A stretch of 64,000 bases of DNA from Octopus sinensis (GCF_006345805.1 NC_043006.1:58094001-58158000), one strand, 5' to 3'. Shown: positions 27,080-39,489, numbered from the stretch's first letter. Notes: a model not told the origin generated them from the sequence alone. Program-made: numbers and translations.

Positions 27080-27692
27080 AACAATACAATGAAACGGTCG
27101 ATTAGATTCTACTTATTGTCTCCTTGTTTTATATAACGATTATAGTTTCTTTTTCTTTTCTTTTAGTAACACGAGAAATGTGTAGCCACTCCTTAAAATC
27201 GTCAACATCTGCTTGGACAATCTCATCGCTTTTGCATATGTCTTTATGTATGATTATAAGGAATATAATCCTTCCTATGCGTGTGTAAGCATGTATGTAT
27301 GTATGTATGTATGTATGTATGTATGTATGTATGTATGTATGTATGCATGTATGTATGTATGTATGTGTGTGTGTATGTATGTATGTATGTATGTATAAAC
27401 ATGTGTGCGCACACAGCTGTCCCTCTTCGAGTAAGATGTCAATTTATGATGTCTGGTACGTTACTGTCTGCGATTGGATGAATTTCTTTCCTTTGTTAAT
27501 AGTACGTATTGACAAAACAGCGTCACACAAACAATACAATAAAACATTCGATTAGATTCTATTAATTATCTCCTGGTATTATATTACGATTATAGTTTCT
27601 TTTTTTTTTCGTCAGTGACACAAGAAATGTGTAGGCACTCCTTAAAAACGTCTACATCTACTTGGACGATTTCGTCGCTATTGCATGTCTTT
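27080..27692. repeat. Diverged ~165-bp direct duplication (27080-27246 and 27530-27692) flanking a (TATG)n microsatellite
   Basis: Both copies read AACAATACAAT...CGATTAGATTCTA...GAAATGTGTAG.CACTCCTTAAAA...CTTGGAC. Confidence 0.75.
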
Positions 27693-27774
27693 TAAAAGTG
27701 AGATGTCTACTTAGAATACATCAAGGTATTTTGGCTTCAAATGAAACGATGAAAGAGAAGATAATATAATTCTT

Positions 27775-28568
27775 TTCTATTCTAAGCACAAGGCCCGAAA
27801 TTTTGTGAGAGGGAGCCAGTCGATAAGATCGTCCCCGGTAGCGACCCGAAAGGATGAAAAGCAAAGTCGATCTCGGCGGAATTTGAACTAAAAAGCGTAA
27901 TGACAGACGAAATGCCGCTATGCATTTCGCCCGGCGTGCTAACGTTTCTGCCAGCTCGCTGCCTTGAGAAACTAATATTATTTTAGCTAATTATAATCAT
28001 TTTTACTCTAGGCACAAGGCCCGAAATTTTGTGGGAGGGTGCCAGTCGATTAGATCGACACCAGTACGCCACTGATACTTAATTTATCGATCCCGAAAGG
28101 ATGAAAGGCGAAGACGACCTCGGCGGAATTTGAACTCAGAACGAAATACTTATTTCTTTACTACCCACAAAGGGCCAAACACAGAGAGGACAAACAAGGA
28201 CAGACAAACGGATTAAGTCAATTATATCGACCCCAGAGCGGAACTGGTACTTATTTAATCGACCCCGAAAGGATGAAAAGCAAAGTTGACCTCGGCGGAA
28301 TTTGAACTCAGAATGTAGCGGCAGACGAAATAACTATTTCTTTACTGCCCACAAAGGGGCTACACACAGAGGGGACAAACAAGGACAGACATAGGTATTA
28401 AGTCGATTACATCGACCCCAGTGCGTAACTGGTACTTAATTTATCGACCCCGAAAGGATGAAAGGCAAAGTCGACCTCGGCGGAATTTGAACTCAGAACG
28501 TAGCGGCAGACGAAATACCGCAAAGCATTGCGCCCGGCATGCTAACCTTTCTGCCGGTTCGCTGCCTT
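27775..28568 (-). mobile_element. SINE family A cluster: one monomer (27775-27966) and one trimeric copy (28003-28568)
   Basis: The core GAAAGGATGAAA.GC.AAG..GA.CTCGGCGGAATTTGAACT occurs four times. Confidence 0.85.
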
Positions 28569-28898
28569 GAGAAAATAATATCATTGTTACGCAACTATTA
28601 TTTTAGCTAATTATAATACAATTATTTTCTTCTTAAGCCATTTATAGAACTGTATTTCTTCTCTATCAGGTTTGTTCTTAACGCTGGCTTTTCTACAAGT
28701 TTCAACGACTAATTTGGATTCTACCAGTGTGTGACATTACGACAAACAAAGGAACAGTAGTTAAAACTGTGATACAAAAGTATTCTGATTTAAATCTCAT
28801 TACCTGAACTTATTTCCATTAAGAGAGAAAAAAGGTAAATATTATATATTTTTTTCATGGTTTATCAGCAATTATTAATGTTTTTATTTAAAAATTTG

Positions 28899-29315
28899 GG
28901 ATCTTTTCGGTTTGAACGGCAGTTTTTAACATAATTTCTAGGTAACTAAAAAATTTTAAACTTCGTATACTGGTAGAATGTGTTTATAAAACATCTTTTT
29001 CTCTTGGATTTATTGTGAAAATTCTATAGTTTGTAAGATATTTGTTGTTTTTTCCTTCAATTTCTGCAATTTCAACCAATCACTGACGTCCATTGAGGTA
29101 AAAAAAACATTCTGTGCCGTATGAACATGTCCCTCGTTTAAGAAACAGATTGGGTTTATTTACATTTGTGAAGAAAAAAAATACCCTTCCCCCCACCCCT
29201 AACCCTAACCCTAAAACACATTGAAATGCAATAGATCGATACTAGGGTCATAATTATGGGTGACAATTTCATATGACACCGCTAGAAAAAACTGCCGTTC
29301 AAACCGAAAATATCC
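28899..29315. mobile_element. MITE with GG...CC TIRs and 8-bp TSD (Merlin-like)
   Basis: TIR GGATCTTTTCGGTTTGAACGGCAGTTTTT. AAAATTTG is duplicated on both flanks. Internal (CCCTAA)3. Confidence 0.85.
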
Positions 29316-31280
29316 AAAATTTGCAACTCAAGATTTGTTGCAATAAAGCACAATATTAAATTCTTGATAGCGTAATCAACTACATCGTCTCCAGTATATT
29401 ACTATTATTTCGTATGTAAATTGTGGTAAACTGTAAAACTGAACTCATGTGATCAAGAAATAATTACAAACGCTCAAATGTAACATTTCTCTATCACAGG
29501 CATACCATGTATTTTACTTACAATTTTAATGGTCTGACATGGGGATTATATCTACCCAAGCAAACTGTATCTATTGATTCTACAATTGATCTTTATTTTA
29601 TCGAACAATTAAGAGGAATTGGATATATTTCTCATTTTTTTTTTCTTACAAGTAAGCGTCATTTTCTTGGAGAGGTGCGTTTCTAAAGAAGCGCCATATT
29701 TTGTCCTCCATTTTAAGGAAGAGATAAAATATATTTTTCATTCTTTCATATATTACTTTTTTCTCACCGTAGTGTTCAAGTTTAAAAAGTTAGAAACCTT
29801 CTTAATTTTATCAAAAAGCAATTTTTTCACCTGTCCCTTCTCCATTGGAGTCTGCTCCTTTCCTTGAGGCCCACCTCTTTCCATGGAATCTGCACTTCTA
29901 TGAGTAATATTTGCATATTTCCAGTTCTTACAATCCTAAAGAAACTATAGGAGTTTCCCACCTCGTCACAAATAGTCTCAATAAAGAAAATAAAAATACG
30001 TCGGACAAATTGCATTGCGGTATTTAGCTAAGATTTGCTACATTCTCAAATTCCACCGTGGTCGAATTTACTTCTCATCCTCCCGGCGTTGATAAAATAA
30101 ATTAGAACCAATCAAGTACCGAGTCGATTTGATTGAGTGCAACCTCTCACAAAGTGTATGACCTTCATGTTATGTATTTACTTGTTAGAAAATATTATCA
30201 CTATGTCGATAAAGGTCGCGAGCTGACAGAACTGCTACAATGTCAGATAAAATGCTTAGTGGCATTTTTCTTCACGTTCTAATTTCAAATTTCCCTGTAG
30301 TCAACTTAGTCTTTCACCCCTCCGAAGTACGAACCAAGCATTGAGGTCGATGTAATCGACTTACCTCTATGCGTCAAAATTTGAAAGAATTATCACTTTG
30401 TTAAAACGACGTACAGCTAAAACCTTTAGAACACATTTGGAAAAAATTGCATAGCATTATTTCTTCCCGCACTTTACCTTCTGAGCTCAAATCCCACTAA
30501 GAACAACTTATCCTTTCAGGGCCAATAAAGTTAAGTCTTGGAGTCGAAAGTATTGACTGTACCCTGACTTCAAAATTGCTGGGTTCATGTCTCAATAAAA
30601 CAGTAACATCACTGTGTCGGTAAATAGCAGAAGCAGTGAAACGCCAGACAAAATACTTTCAATCATTTAGTGGTGATCCTTTATGACCTAAGTTCAACAT
30701 CGAGTACGTACGTCCGCCAAGGTGCGATTTTGAGTCAAATATTAGAAATCAACTTTATAATTCCATTTTTCTAATGTTAGAAAGTCGAGTTCAAAATATA
30801 ATGCAACAAGAAAATTAGATAATATTAATTTCTCGTAAAGCGGCGAACAGGTAAAATTGTTAGCATGCCGGGGAAAATACTTAGTGGCATTTCGTCCGTC
30901 TTTACATTCTGGATTCAAGTGTCGCTGGGGTTGACTTTGCCTTTTTTTCTTTCGTGGTCGATAAAATAAGTATCAGTTGAACACTGGGGTCGATCTAATT
31001 GACTTAGCTGCTCCCACAAGACTGTTGGCCTTGTGCTAAAATTTGAAACCAATATTAATTTCTCGTCGTCTTCCATTTTGTATTGAATTTTTAAAATGTT
31101 TTTTTTTTATGTATTATCCATTTTATTCTTTTTGTACTTGTTTCAGTCATTTTACTGCGGTCCTGTTGGAGAAATTCATAAAAAAATTTCTTATTCATGT
31201 CATTATAACAATTGCAACGTCCTATGAGTGAATTTTCCGTTTGTTGTGTTTCTATTGAAATTTTTGGAGCACACACACAT

Positions 31281-31707
31281 TGTCACCAAACATGACTAGC
31301 GTGTTCAAACACCTACATTGCTAGAAATAAGAGCCAAAAAAGCACGATTGTATTTAGTGACGGTTATAGGTTTCAACATTGCACACAGCTGTCTATATTA
31401 ATTTTTTGTATGCACATTAGCGATTCGCTAAAACACCCATAGATCTTTATGGTGAATACATATGTAATAACAGAATTAAGTCTAGAATCAGTCGAATTAG
31501 CGGTCCCTTCTGATGAGGCTACGGAATTAGCCGAAACTGACCGATCAGCAGAGGGAATTTCTTGACCGGTGTTTTAGGGTGATTACAGTCGATGTCAGTA
31601 CATAATGTATACAACAATTATGTGCTTCAACTACAGCATTAGAGCTTCTTAGCTCTTATTTCTAGCAATGTCGGTGTTGTAGCATCCTAGTCACATTTAG
31701 TGATAAT
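31281..31707 (+). mobile_element. ~430-bp element with ~55-bp terminal inverted repeats and an internal hammerhead
   Basis: CATGACTAGCGTGTTCAAACACCTACATTGCTAGAAATAAGAGC is inverted at 31652-31700. Hammerhead at 31504-31556. Confidence 0.75.
31504..31556 (+). ncRNA. Type I hammerhead, cleavage-site variant (GCA, probably inactive)
   Basis: Same as 35783-35835 except U16.1 is changed to C. Confidence 0.75.
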
Positions 31708-31708
31708 T

Positions 31709-31903
31709 GACAAACAAGGACATACAAAAGGATTAAGTCGATTACATCGACCCCAGTGCGAAACTGGTACTTTATTTATCGACCCCGAAAGGATGAAAGG
31801 CAAAGTCGACCACGGCGGAATTTGAACTCAGAACGTAACGGCAGATGAAATACGGCTACGCATTTCGCCCGGCGTGCTAACGTTTCTGCCAGCTCACCGC
31901 CCT
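31709..31903 (-). mobile_element. SINE family A (duplicated at 35988-36185)
   Basis: Family A consensus, reverse complement. Confidence 0.85.
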
Positions 31904-31957
31904 TATTAGTGACAATTATAGTTTTCCTTTTTGGTAACACATTGCACACAGTTGTCT

Positions 31958-31989
<32 letters not shown>

Positions 31990-32574
31990 ATCTCAAGATT
32001 AATCAGCCGAAATTGCTAAGATGATCTGGTTCTTGACTGATGACTGAGGGCTTCGAATGTCCCGTCCTGTGGTTCTTGTGTCGTCTCTGTGGTGTTTCAT
32101 GTTCTTGTCCATGTCTGTAATTATATTTTACTGTTTACCTATATATATATATATATATACGCGTGCGCGAGCATACACTCACACACATACACATATAAAT
32201 ACTTTTTTGATAAATCACCTCAATAACTTGTCTTTGTTGTCATCGGAAAAGCCACATCTGGCATATCACTATTTTTATATTCACTGTGTATTTCAGTACC
32301 CACCTTTCCAGCTGCTGTCGTAAAACGTGTGTCATAAGCAGTTTTAACATTTTCGTACATTTAGAATTTTAGAATTCGGCTTTACAAGACTGGTTACAAA
32401 AATACACAAACACTTGACAGTCGCAAGAAACGAGGGAAGAGGCAAACAACTTTGTTTCCTTATAACTTTCAGAAAAGTGGATATTTCTGAATGAAATTTC
32501 TAACAAATATCTTTCAGATGTTGTAGATTCCAATTATATGACAATTTAATTCTATATTTAAGAGATGAGAAATT

Positions 32575-33025
32575 ATGTACATTATTTACATTATTTACTA
32601 TTTACAGATATTTGTCTTCATCTTGTTTGTTGTTAACTGAACGTTTCGGCTGATATACTCTCCAGCCTTCATCAGGTGTCTTGGGGAAATTTCGAACCCG
32701 GATTCTCATTCCTAAGGTATTTTTCGACGTTGTTGTTATTATTATTATTATTATTAATATTAATATTATTATTATTATTCAGGTCACTGCCTTGGAATCG
32801 AACTCGGAATCTTGGGGTTAGTAGCCGCACTCTTAACCACTACGCAATATGCCCGTGAGCATATGACCTGAATAATAATAATAACATCGAAAAATACCTT
32901 AGGAATGAGAACGCAGGTTCGAAATTTCCCCCAAGACACCTGATGAACGCTGGAGAGTATATCAGCCGAAACGTTGTGTTAACAACAAACAAGATGAGGA
33001 CAAATATCCGTCAAATGTAAATAAT
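32575..33025. mobile_element. Palindromic element: central tRNA-like Pol III head (32782-32854, -) with hammerhead-bearing inverted arms
   Basis: Arms 32581-32785 and 32864-33025 are reverse complements. The centre on the minus strand has A box TTGCGTAGTGG and B box GAGTTCGATTCC. Confidence 0.8.
32935..32980 (+). ncRNA. Minimal hammerhead motif (inverted copy at about 32636-32680)
   Basis: Stem I GACAC/GUGUU, CUGAUGA plus an extra A, stem II (G)GCUG/CAGC(C), GAAA, palindromic AACGUU stem III. Confidence 0.6.
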
Positions 33026-34434
33026 ATATCACAATTTGTTGAGAAAAATGTTTACGGAAGGGGGAAATTATGAAAAAAACATAGTTGATTCGTATGAATT
33101 ATCGTTCAGATAATTGACACAGGCCATCTTTATTTCTTCATAACTTTGAGAAAAATGAACATTTTTTCATGAAATTTTCTACAAATATCTTTCATATGGT
33201 GTAGATTATAATTATACCGGAAATTATTGTGAAACGTTTTTTCTGGGGGAGGGGTGGTAAGTTTTGGAAAATTTACACAAATCAGCTTTGTTTCCTTATA
33301 ACTTTCAGAAAAATTGGATATTTTTTAATGAAATTTTCTACAAATACCTTTCAGAGTGTGAAGATCACGATTATGTCGGAATTTAATATGAAAAAAATTT
33401 GGTGGACTTGTACACCTACATACTGACATATATCACATTTTTTTTTTTTTTTTCAAAATTTTAAGTTTCATTTTGTCTTCATATGTCATGTGCGTCAGTA
33501 TGTACGAGTACGAAATCACCAATTTCTTTTTTGTCATATTAAATTCCGATATAAGCGTAATTTCTCTCTCTGAAATGCATTTGTACAAAATTCATCCATT
33601 TCTCTAAAAATTATGATTAAACAAAGCCGACTCGTGTGAATTTCCCGAAACTCTTCTCCACACCCCCAGAAAATCTTTCTACAACAAATTCCGACATCGT
33701 CATAATGTACAACATCTGAAACGCATTTTTCTTTTATCGTTTACTTGTTTCAGTCATTTGACTGCGGCCATGCTGTAGTCCCGCCTTGAAAGGTTTCAGT
33801 AGGACAAATTGACCCCTACCTTTTTAGCCTAGTAATTATTTGGTTAAGTCGTTGCTCTAATTGTGGAAAATATTTAACAGATCCGAAGTCTTGCTAATTC
33901 ACGGTAAACCTTTCTCCAAGTCATTCATCTTTGTAGAACTCAAAATGTCTGCTATAGTTTTATATTTGAATTATTCTAAAATGTGAACAGCTCTAAGTTG
34001 TGACTTTAGAGATTAAAAAAAATCCTAAGGAACTATCACACCTGCATTCAGTAACCGAAAAGCAAGCTCTGGAAATTGTTTATTTAGTTACAGAAGAATG
34101 GAAACTGTCGTAGCTCTAAGAATCTTTATGGAACCCAATTTATAACTCTGATATTAACTTCGTTAAGTTTTGTGTCACATATATTTACAGAGATCCTTGA
34201 GAGTAGAAGTCTTTAATTCAACATTTCCTTCTTTTAAATCTCGGTTCTTTGCTTCTTTGCTTCTCAAATCTTTTCTAACTCTTCTGTTTTAAGTTTGACG
34301 GAAATTATTCTTGGGGGTTGGCACAATATGTAACGTTATCAGTTTTGCCTGCATTGCATCGAATAGCGTATCTAACAATAGAGGGGAAAAAAACATTATG
34401 GAAAAGGTTTAATAGAAATCAAAAATCAATCCTT

Positions 34435-34645
34435 CTTACTATAGACACAAGGCCTGAAATTTGGGGGAAGCGGGGTAGTCGATTATATTGATCCCGAGTG
34501 CGTAACTGATACTTGTTTTATCGATCCCGAAAGGATGAAAGGCAAAGTCGACCTCGGCGGAATTTGAACTCAGAACGTTAAGACGGACGAAATGCCGCTA
34601 AGCATTTTGCCTGACGTGCTAGCGATTCTGCCAACTCACCACCTT
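34435..34645 (-). mobile_element. SINE family A (tail type 2)
   Basis: Family A consensus, reverse complement. Confidence 0.85.
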
Positions 34646-35244
34646 TAGAGAAAGCCAAAACTGATATCAACTGCCAATGTTTAAAACCTTCCTGTACAGT
34701 TATTTGAAGCAAGAGCCCACTCAGGCTCGAGATCTCTAACTTTTTTAATACAGTGATAAGAGATTCTTTATATTCAAACACAGTTTCAACACATCTTAAA
34801 ATACAATGTCTAACGAATGGCTAATACTTTCAGAAGTTTTCACATAGCCATTTCTTGATTTAAAAGTGTTCTTTTTGCAGAATTTCTAAAAAAAGAAGGG
34901 CTAGTAATCCACTTAATGACGTAAAAAATAATTTTTATTGATTTATTTTTGCCATTATTTGAGGTAGGACTAGATTTTTTTTTAAACCTCAAGCAATAAC
35001 AGTCTACAAATAAATCCGATGGCAATTTCCTTTTAATCTCGAATGTAGGCCACACAACATCCCAGTTATAACAGCAATACAACCTTAGCTCTGAGCAACA
35101 ATTTTACTTTCACTTTCTTATGTTTGCATAAGATTTCTTACAAATATTGTAGACCACTTATGCTGGTGCACTTGAAGAGACTTGTTCGAACGTCATCAAC
35201 AGCTCATATGCCTTGTTAGCCTGTGAATAAAATATATTTAGAGA

Positions 35245-36305
35245 GAAACTATAGGAGTTTCCACCTCGTCACAAATAGTCTCAATAAAGAAAATAAAAAT
35301 GCGTCGGACAAATTGCATTGCGGTATTTAGCTAAGACTTGCTACATTCTCAAATTCCACCGTGGTCGAATTTACTTCTCATCCTCCCGGCGTTGATAAAA
35401 TAAATTAGAACCAATCAAGTACCGAGTCGATTTGATTGAGTGCAACCTCTCACAAAGTGTATGACCTTCATGTTATGTATTTACTTGTTAGAAAATATTA
35501 TCACTATGTCGATAAAGGTCGCGAGCTGACAGAACTGCTACAATGTCAGATAAAATGCTTAGTACGAAACATGACTAGCGTGTTCAAACACCTACATTGC
35601 TAGAAATAAGAGCCAAAAAAGCACGATTGTATTTAGTGACGGTTATAGGTTTCAACATTGCACACAGCTGTCTATATTAATTTTTTGCATGCACATTAGC
35701 GATTCGCTAAAACACCCATAGATCTTTATGGTGAATACATATGTAATAACAGAATTAAGTCTAGAATCAGTCGAATTAGCGGTCCCTTCTGATGAGGCTA
35801 CGGAATTAGCCGAAACTGACCGATCAGTAGAGGGAATTTCTTGACCGGTGTTTTAGGGTGATTACAGTCGATGTCAGTACATAATGTATACAACAATTAT
35901 GTGCTTCAACTACAGCATTAGAGCTTCTTAGCTCTTATTTCTAGCAAAGTCGGTGTTGTAGCATCCTAGTCACATTTAGTGATAATTGACAAACAAGGAC
36001 ATACAAAAGGATTAAGTCGATTACATCGACCCCAGTGCGAAACTGGTACTTTATTTATCGACCCCGAAAGGATGAAAGGCAAAGTCGACCACGGCGGAAT
36101 TTGAACTCAGAACGTAACGGCAGATGAAATACGGCTACGCATTTCGCCCGGCGTGCTAACGTTTCTGCCAGCAGCTCACCGCCCTTATTAGTGACAATTA
36201 TAGTTTTCCTTTTTGGTAACACATTGCACACAGTTGTCTATATTAATTTTATATATAATAATATATATACGCGTGCGCGAGCATACACTCACACACATAC
36301 ACATA
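35245..36305. repeat. Copy 2 of the local duplication (lacks the equivalents of 30261-31287 and about 31990-32140)
   Basis: Junction AATGCTTAGT-ACG-AAACATGACTAG at 35554-35578. Confidence 0.9.
35783..35835 (+). ncRNA. Type I hammerhead ribozyme, fully canonical
   Basis: Stem I UCCCUU/GAGGGA, CUGAUGA, stem II GGCUA-cggaau-UAGCC, GAAA, stem III ACUGA-ccga-UCAGU, GUA triplet. Confidence 0.88.
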
Positions 36306-36349
36306 TGCCAAAGTTTAGGACACGTCCCTCCAGAATCTTCCAGATGTAT

Positions 36350-36565
36350 ATATGTAGTATTGAAAAGTTCCTAGCTTTATGTAAGAGAACATGCAGGAAG
36401 ATCAGTTAATTATGATTTTATTCAACATATTCCCCTCTCAGATTCACGCACTTATTGCAGCTGTCCATCAGTTTTTCTAAGCCCTATAAAAGAACTCGAA
36501 GGTTGGGCCTCCAACCAGCCTTTCGCGGTACCCTTAAAGTCAGGAACTTTTCAGCACCTCCCCTT
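36350..36565. mobile_element. Mariner-type MITE (second copy at 48575-48777)
   Basis: Shared sequence GATCAGTTAAT..GATTTTATT...CACTTATTGCAGC...GAACTTTTCAGCA. Ends TGAAAAGTTCCT/AGGAACTTTTCA are inverted. Confidence 0.7.
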
Positions 36566-36573
36566 GTGTGTGT

Positions 36574-36608
<35 letters not shown>

Positions 36609-37257
36609 CAAATTTACAGAAAACAAAAGAGATGACAGGTGAAAGAACAAGCAAGTGTGTTAGTTTAACGCTCGAGAAGAATGGATATGTCTGACGTTTC
36701 GAGCCTACGTTCTTCGACAGAAAGTATTAAGAGAAAAAAGAAATAAAACGCGGGCAGAAAAAAGTGCGTAAGAATTAATGGTTCAGCATGATGAAATGGC
36801 CAGAAGAAAGAGGCTGAATGAAAGGGAGATAATAACGGTGACTCGGTCGAAGCTAAGGTGCGCAAACGCGTGTGTTTGTGAGAATGATGTGAGTGAGTGT
36901 GTATGAGTATGTATGTGTGGGCGAGCTGAAAATTATGTGAACCTGTATGTGTGTGTGTGTATGTATGTGTACAAATAACTTATCGTATGTGTTATGTGGA
37001 GTGATGTACGTTTTGTGTGTATATGTATATATAAATTCTCACTTGAGAAGAAAAATATGTAAAACACTATATATTCCCCAACATTCAATTTACAATGGAA
37101 TATAGCCAGGAAGAGCCTCCATTTCTGGACATTTTGATTTTTAAATTGCAACCGACATTTACTACAAACAATTGACTAACATCAAGTAATAATTGATATT
37201 AGTGAATTGTTGTTGATCAATATTTCTCCATTCTCTGTTTACTTTATGTATATATAT

Positions 37258-37290
<33 letters not shown>

Positions 37291-37339
37291 GTATATGTAT
37301 ATATATGTATATGTATATGTATATATAGTATATGTATAG

Positions 37340-37389
<50 letters not shown>

Positions 37390-37441
37390 GTATATATATA
37401 TTATATATGTATATAGATATATATATATATATATAATATAT

Positions 37442-37479
<38 letters not shown>

Positions 37480-37646
37480 GATGTATATATATGTATAATA
37501 TATGTATATATATATATATATGTATATATATGTATATATTATATATATGTATATATATGTATATATGTATATATATGTATATATATATATATAATATGTA
37601 TATAGATATATATATATGTATATAATATATATATGTATATATATGT

Positions 37647-37691
<45 letters not shown>

Positions 37692-37700
37692 GTATATATA

Positions 37701-39289
37701 TCTCTTATTATAAAAGGCAGATTTTATCTGCCTCCCTTTGTCTCTTATAGAAATCTACAATATAGGATTTCTTCAATTACAATTTACCTAGCATTTTTAA
37801 GAGTAGAATGCATTGGGTCTTGCCAGGTCCACTTTTTAAAATTTCAACCCCAATTAAGCAAAATTTAGAGAAAACTCACATTGTGGTGTATGAGTCAAAT
37901 GCTTTTCTTAGTGTGGGATACAGCACACGCACACGCACACACACAGTGTGCAACGAATAAAGTGAAAGTAATTCACTGTGTGTGTGTTGACAGGTAGACA
38001 ATAGAATGCGATGGCGATGGCGATGTAATATTTGTTTCTGTCTATGACGCTGATAGATACATGAGTAAAATGTATGGGAAGCTAAGAGATAAGAGTGAGT
38101 GAAAATGTTCTTGGAAGAGAGTAAATAGCGAGAGAGTGATTTGAGGAAGACTTTACATTAAATAACCGTAGTGGCCTGTCACATGAAGAGGAGTGAGAGG
38201 GTACTGGAGGAAATAGAGTGAGTGAGGAAGATGGCCCCCTAGCAACCACACCTCATTCTACATGTCCCTGTAAATTTTGGAGCGAATCGGACGGGATAAA
38301 GTTATCTCTAAGAAACAGAAAGATCGCCCAAAAGTGTATATAGATATTTAAATGTATTTATATATTCATCTATACACACATGTATGTATAATGTGCGTGT
38401 ATATATTTCCATAGAGGTAACCATTCAATCCATACAAAGTTTTTTAGGACGAAAATATTTATATATAAAAGAAAGGTTGTGTGTCTGTCTACTCCGATTT
38501 AGATTCCTAACTACTCCCACATTTTGCGATGCAGTTTAACCAAAACCGGGTATCTTATAGTCGTGAGTCATATCGAGCCCTTCTGGGTATTAGCGCGCGT
38601 CTACGATGAGTCTAATTTTACAAATAATTACCATCATTTTTTTCCATTTTAATGCATATTTTTTAATAAAGGAAGTAACTCTCAAACTTCACACCAATTA
38701 TGCTGCTCATATGCGACGTAATATCACATCAGCAGCATTTCCTCACACCCTCCTTGCACTTGGCGAAGGCAAAATACCAGGGGATGAAAATGGTAATATT
38801 GCCATCGATTCCATTTGTACCATGTTAAGACACCTTCTGATCTCAGATGCAGTGTTCCCAGATCTACAAGCTAATTATCAGAATATGGATTGGATTGGCA
38901 AAAAGGCTATACTGGCCCGAGGAATAAAACTGTTCACCATATTAATGATGAAATGCTAAAACTCATTCCTGGGGAAGTCTATGTATATCAGTCTATCGAT
39001 ACAACTCCTGACCCAGAGGACGTCATCAACTATCCAATAGAGGTACTCAATTCCTTTGAGCACCCGGACTACCACCAACACTTTCTCAAACTTAAAGTTG
39101 GTGCCCCTATAATGCTCATCAGAAATTTGGTTCCCCCAAACAATGCAATGGCCACGTTTGATCGTTAAGTCCTTATCTCACCGTAAAACTTATATCAATA
39201 TTTGCCTGAATAATCATCATAATTCAGTGCAATCATTAACAGTACTTTCAAGCAATTCAGCCCCGAGCAACGCCGGGCAATTCTGCTAG
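37701..39289 (+). mobile_element. Helitron, internally deleted, with a PIF1-like helicase remnant
   Basis: A|TC start. Frameshifted helicase motifs (LLALGEGK, AILA/PRNKTVHHIN, SIDT, YPIEVLNS, LKLKVGAPIMLIRNL) at 38670-39170. 3' hairpin GCCC/GGGC followed by CTGCTAG|T. Confidence 0.88.
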
Positions 39290-39388
39290 TATGTATATAT
39301 ATATATGTATATATATGTATATATATATATGTATATATATATATGTATATATGTATATATATATATGTATATATATATATGTATATTA

Positions 39389-39421
<33 letters not shown>

Positions 39422-39458
39422 TAATATATATATGTATATATATAGTATATATATAATG

Positions 39459-39489
<31 letters not shown>

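Larger units (their letters stand above)
29941..32195. repeat. Copy 1 of a local segmental duplication (copy 2 at 35245-36305)
   Basis: 29941-30260 and 31288-31975 are near-identical to 35245-35563 and 35567-36255. Confidence 0.9.
32425..33722. mobile_element. Foldback-type DNA element with repeated ~160-bp sub-units, interrupted by the tRNA/hammerhead hairpin element
   Basis: The unit TTTCCTTATAACTTTCAGAAAA...ATGAAATTTTCTACAAATATCTTTCA occurs near 32455, 33135 and 33290, and inverted at 33480-33720. Confidence 0.6.

Noticed and set aside
27775-28568. Regularly spaced repeats resembling a CRISPR array
   Set aside because: The repeats are long SINE cores with repeated rather than unique spacers, the context is eukaryotic, and there are no cas genes.
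31990-32075. Possible hammerhead (GCCGAAA...CTGATGA; related copy at 40680-40790, minus strand)
   Set aside because: Core elements are present, but I could not build consistent stems in any topology.
32782-32854. Functional tRNA gene
   Set aside because: A and B boxes are present, but the acceptor and anticodon stems pair poorly and there is no T-run terminator, so it is treated as a tRNA-derived head.
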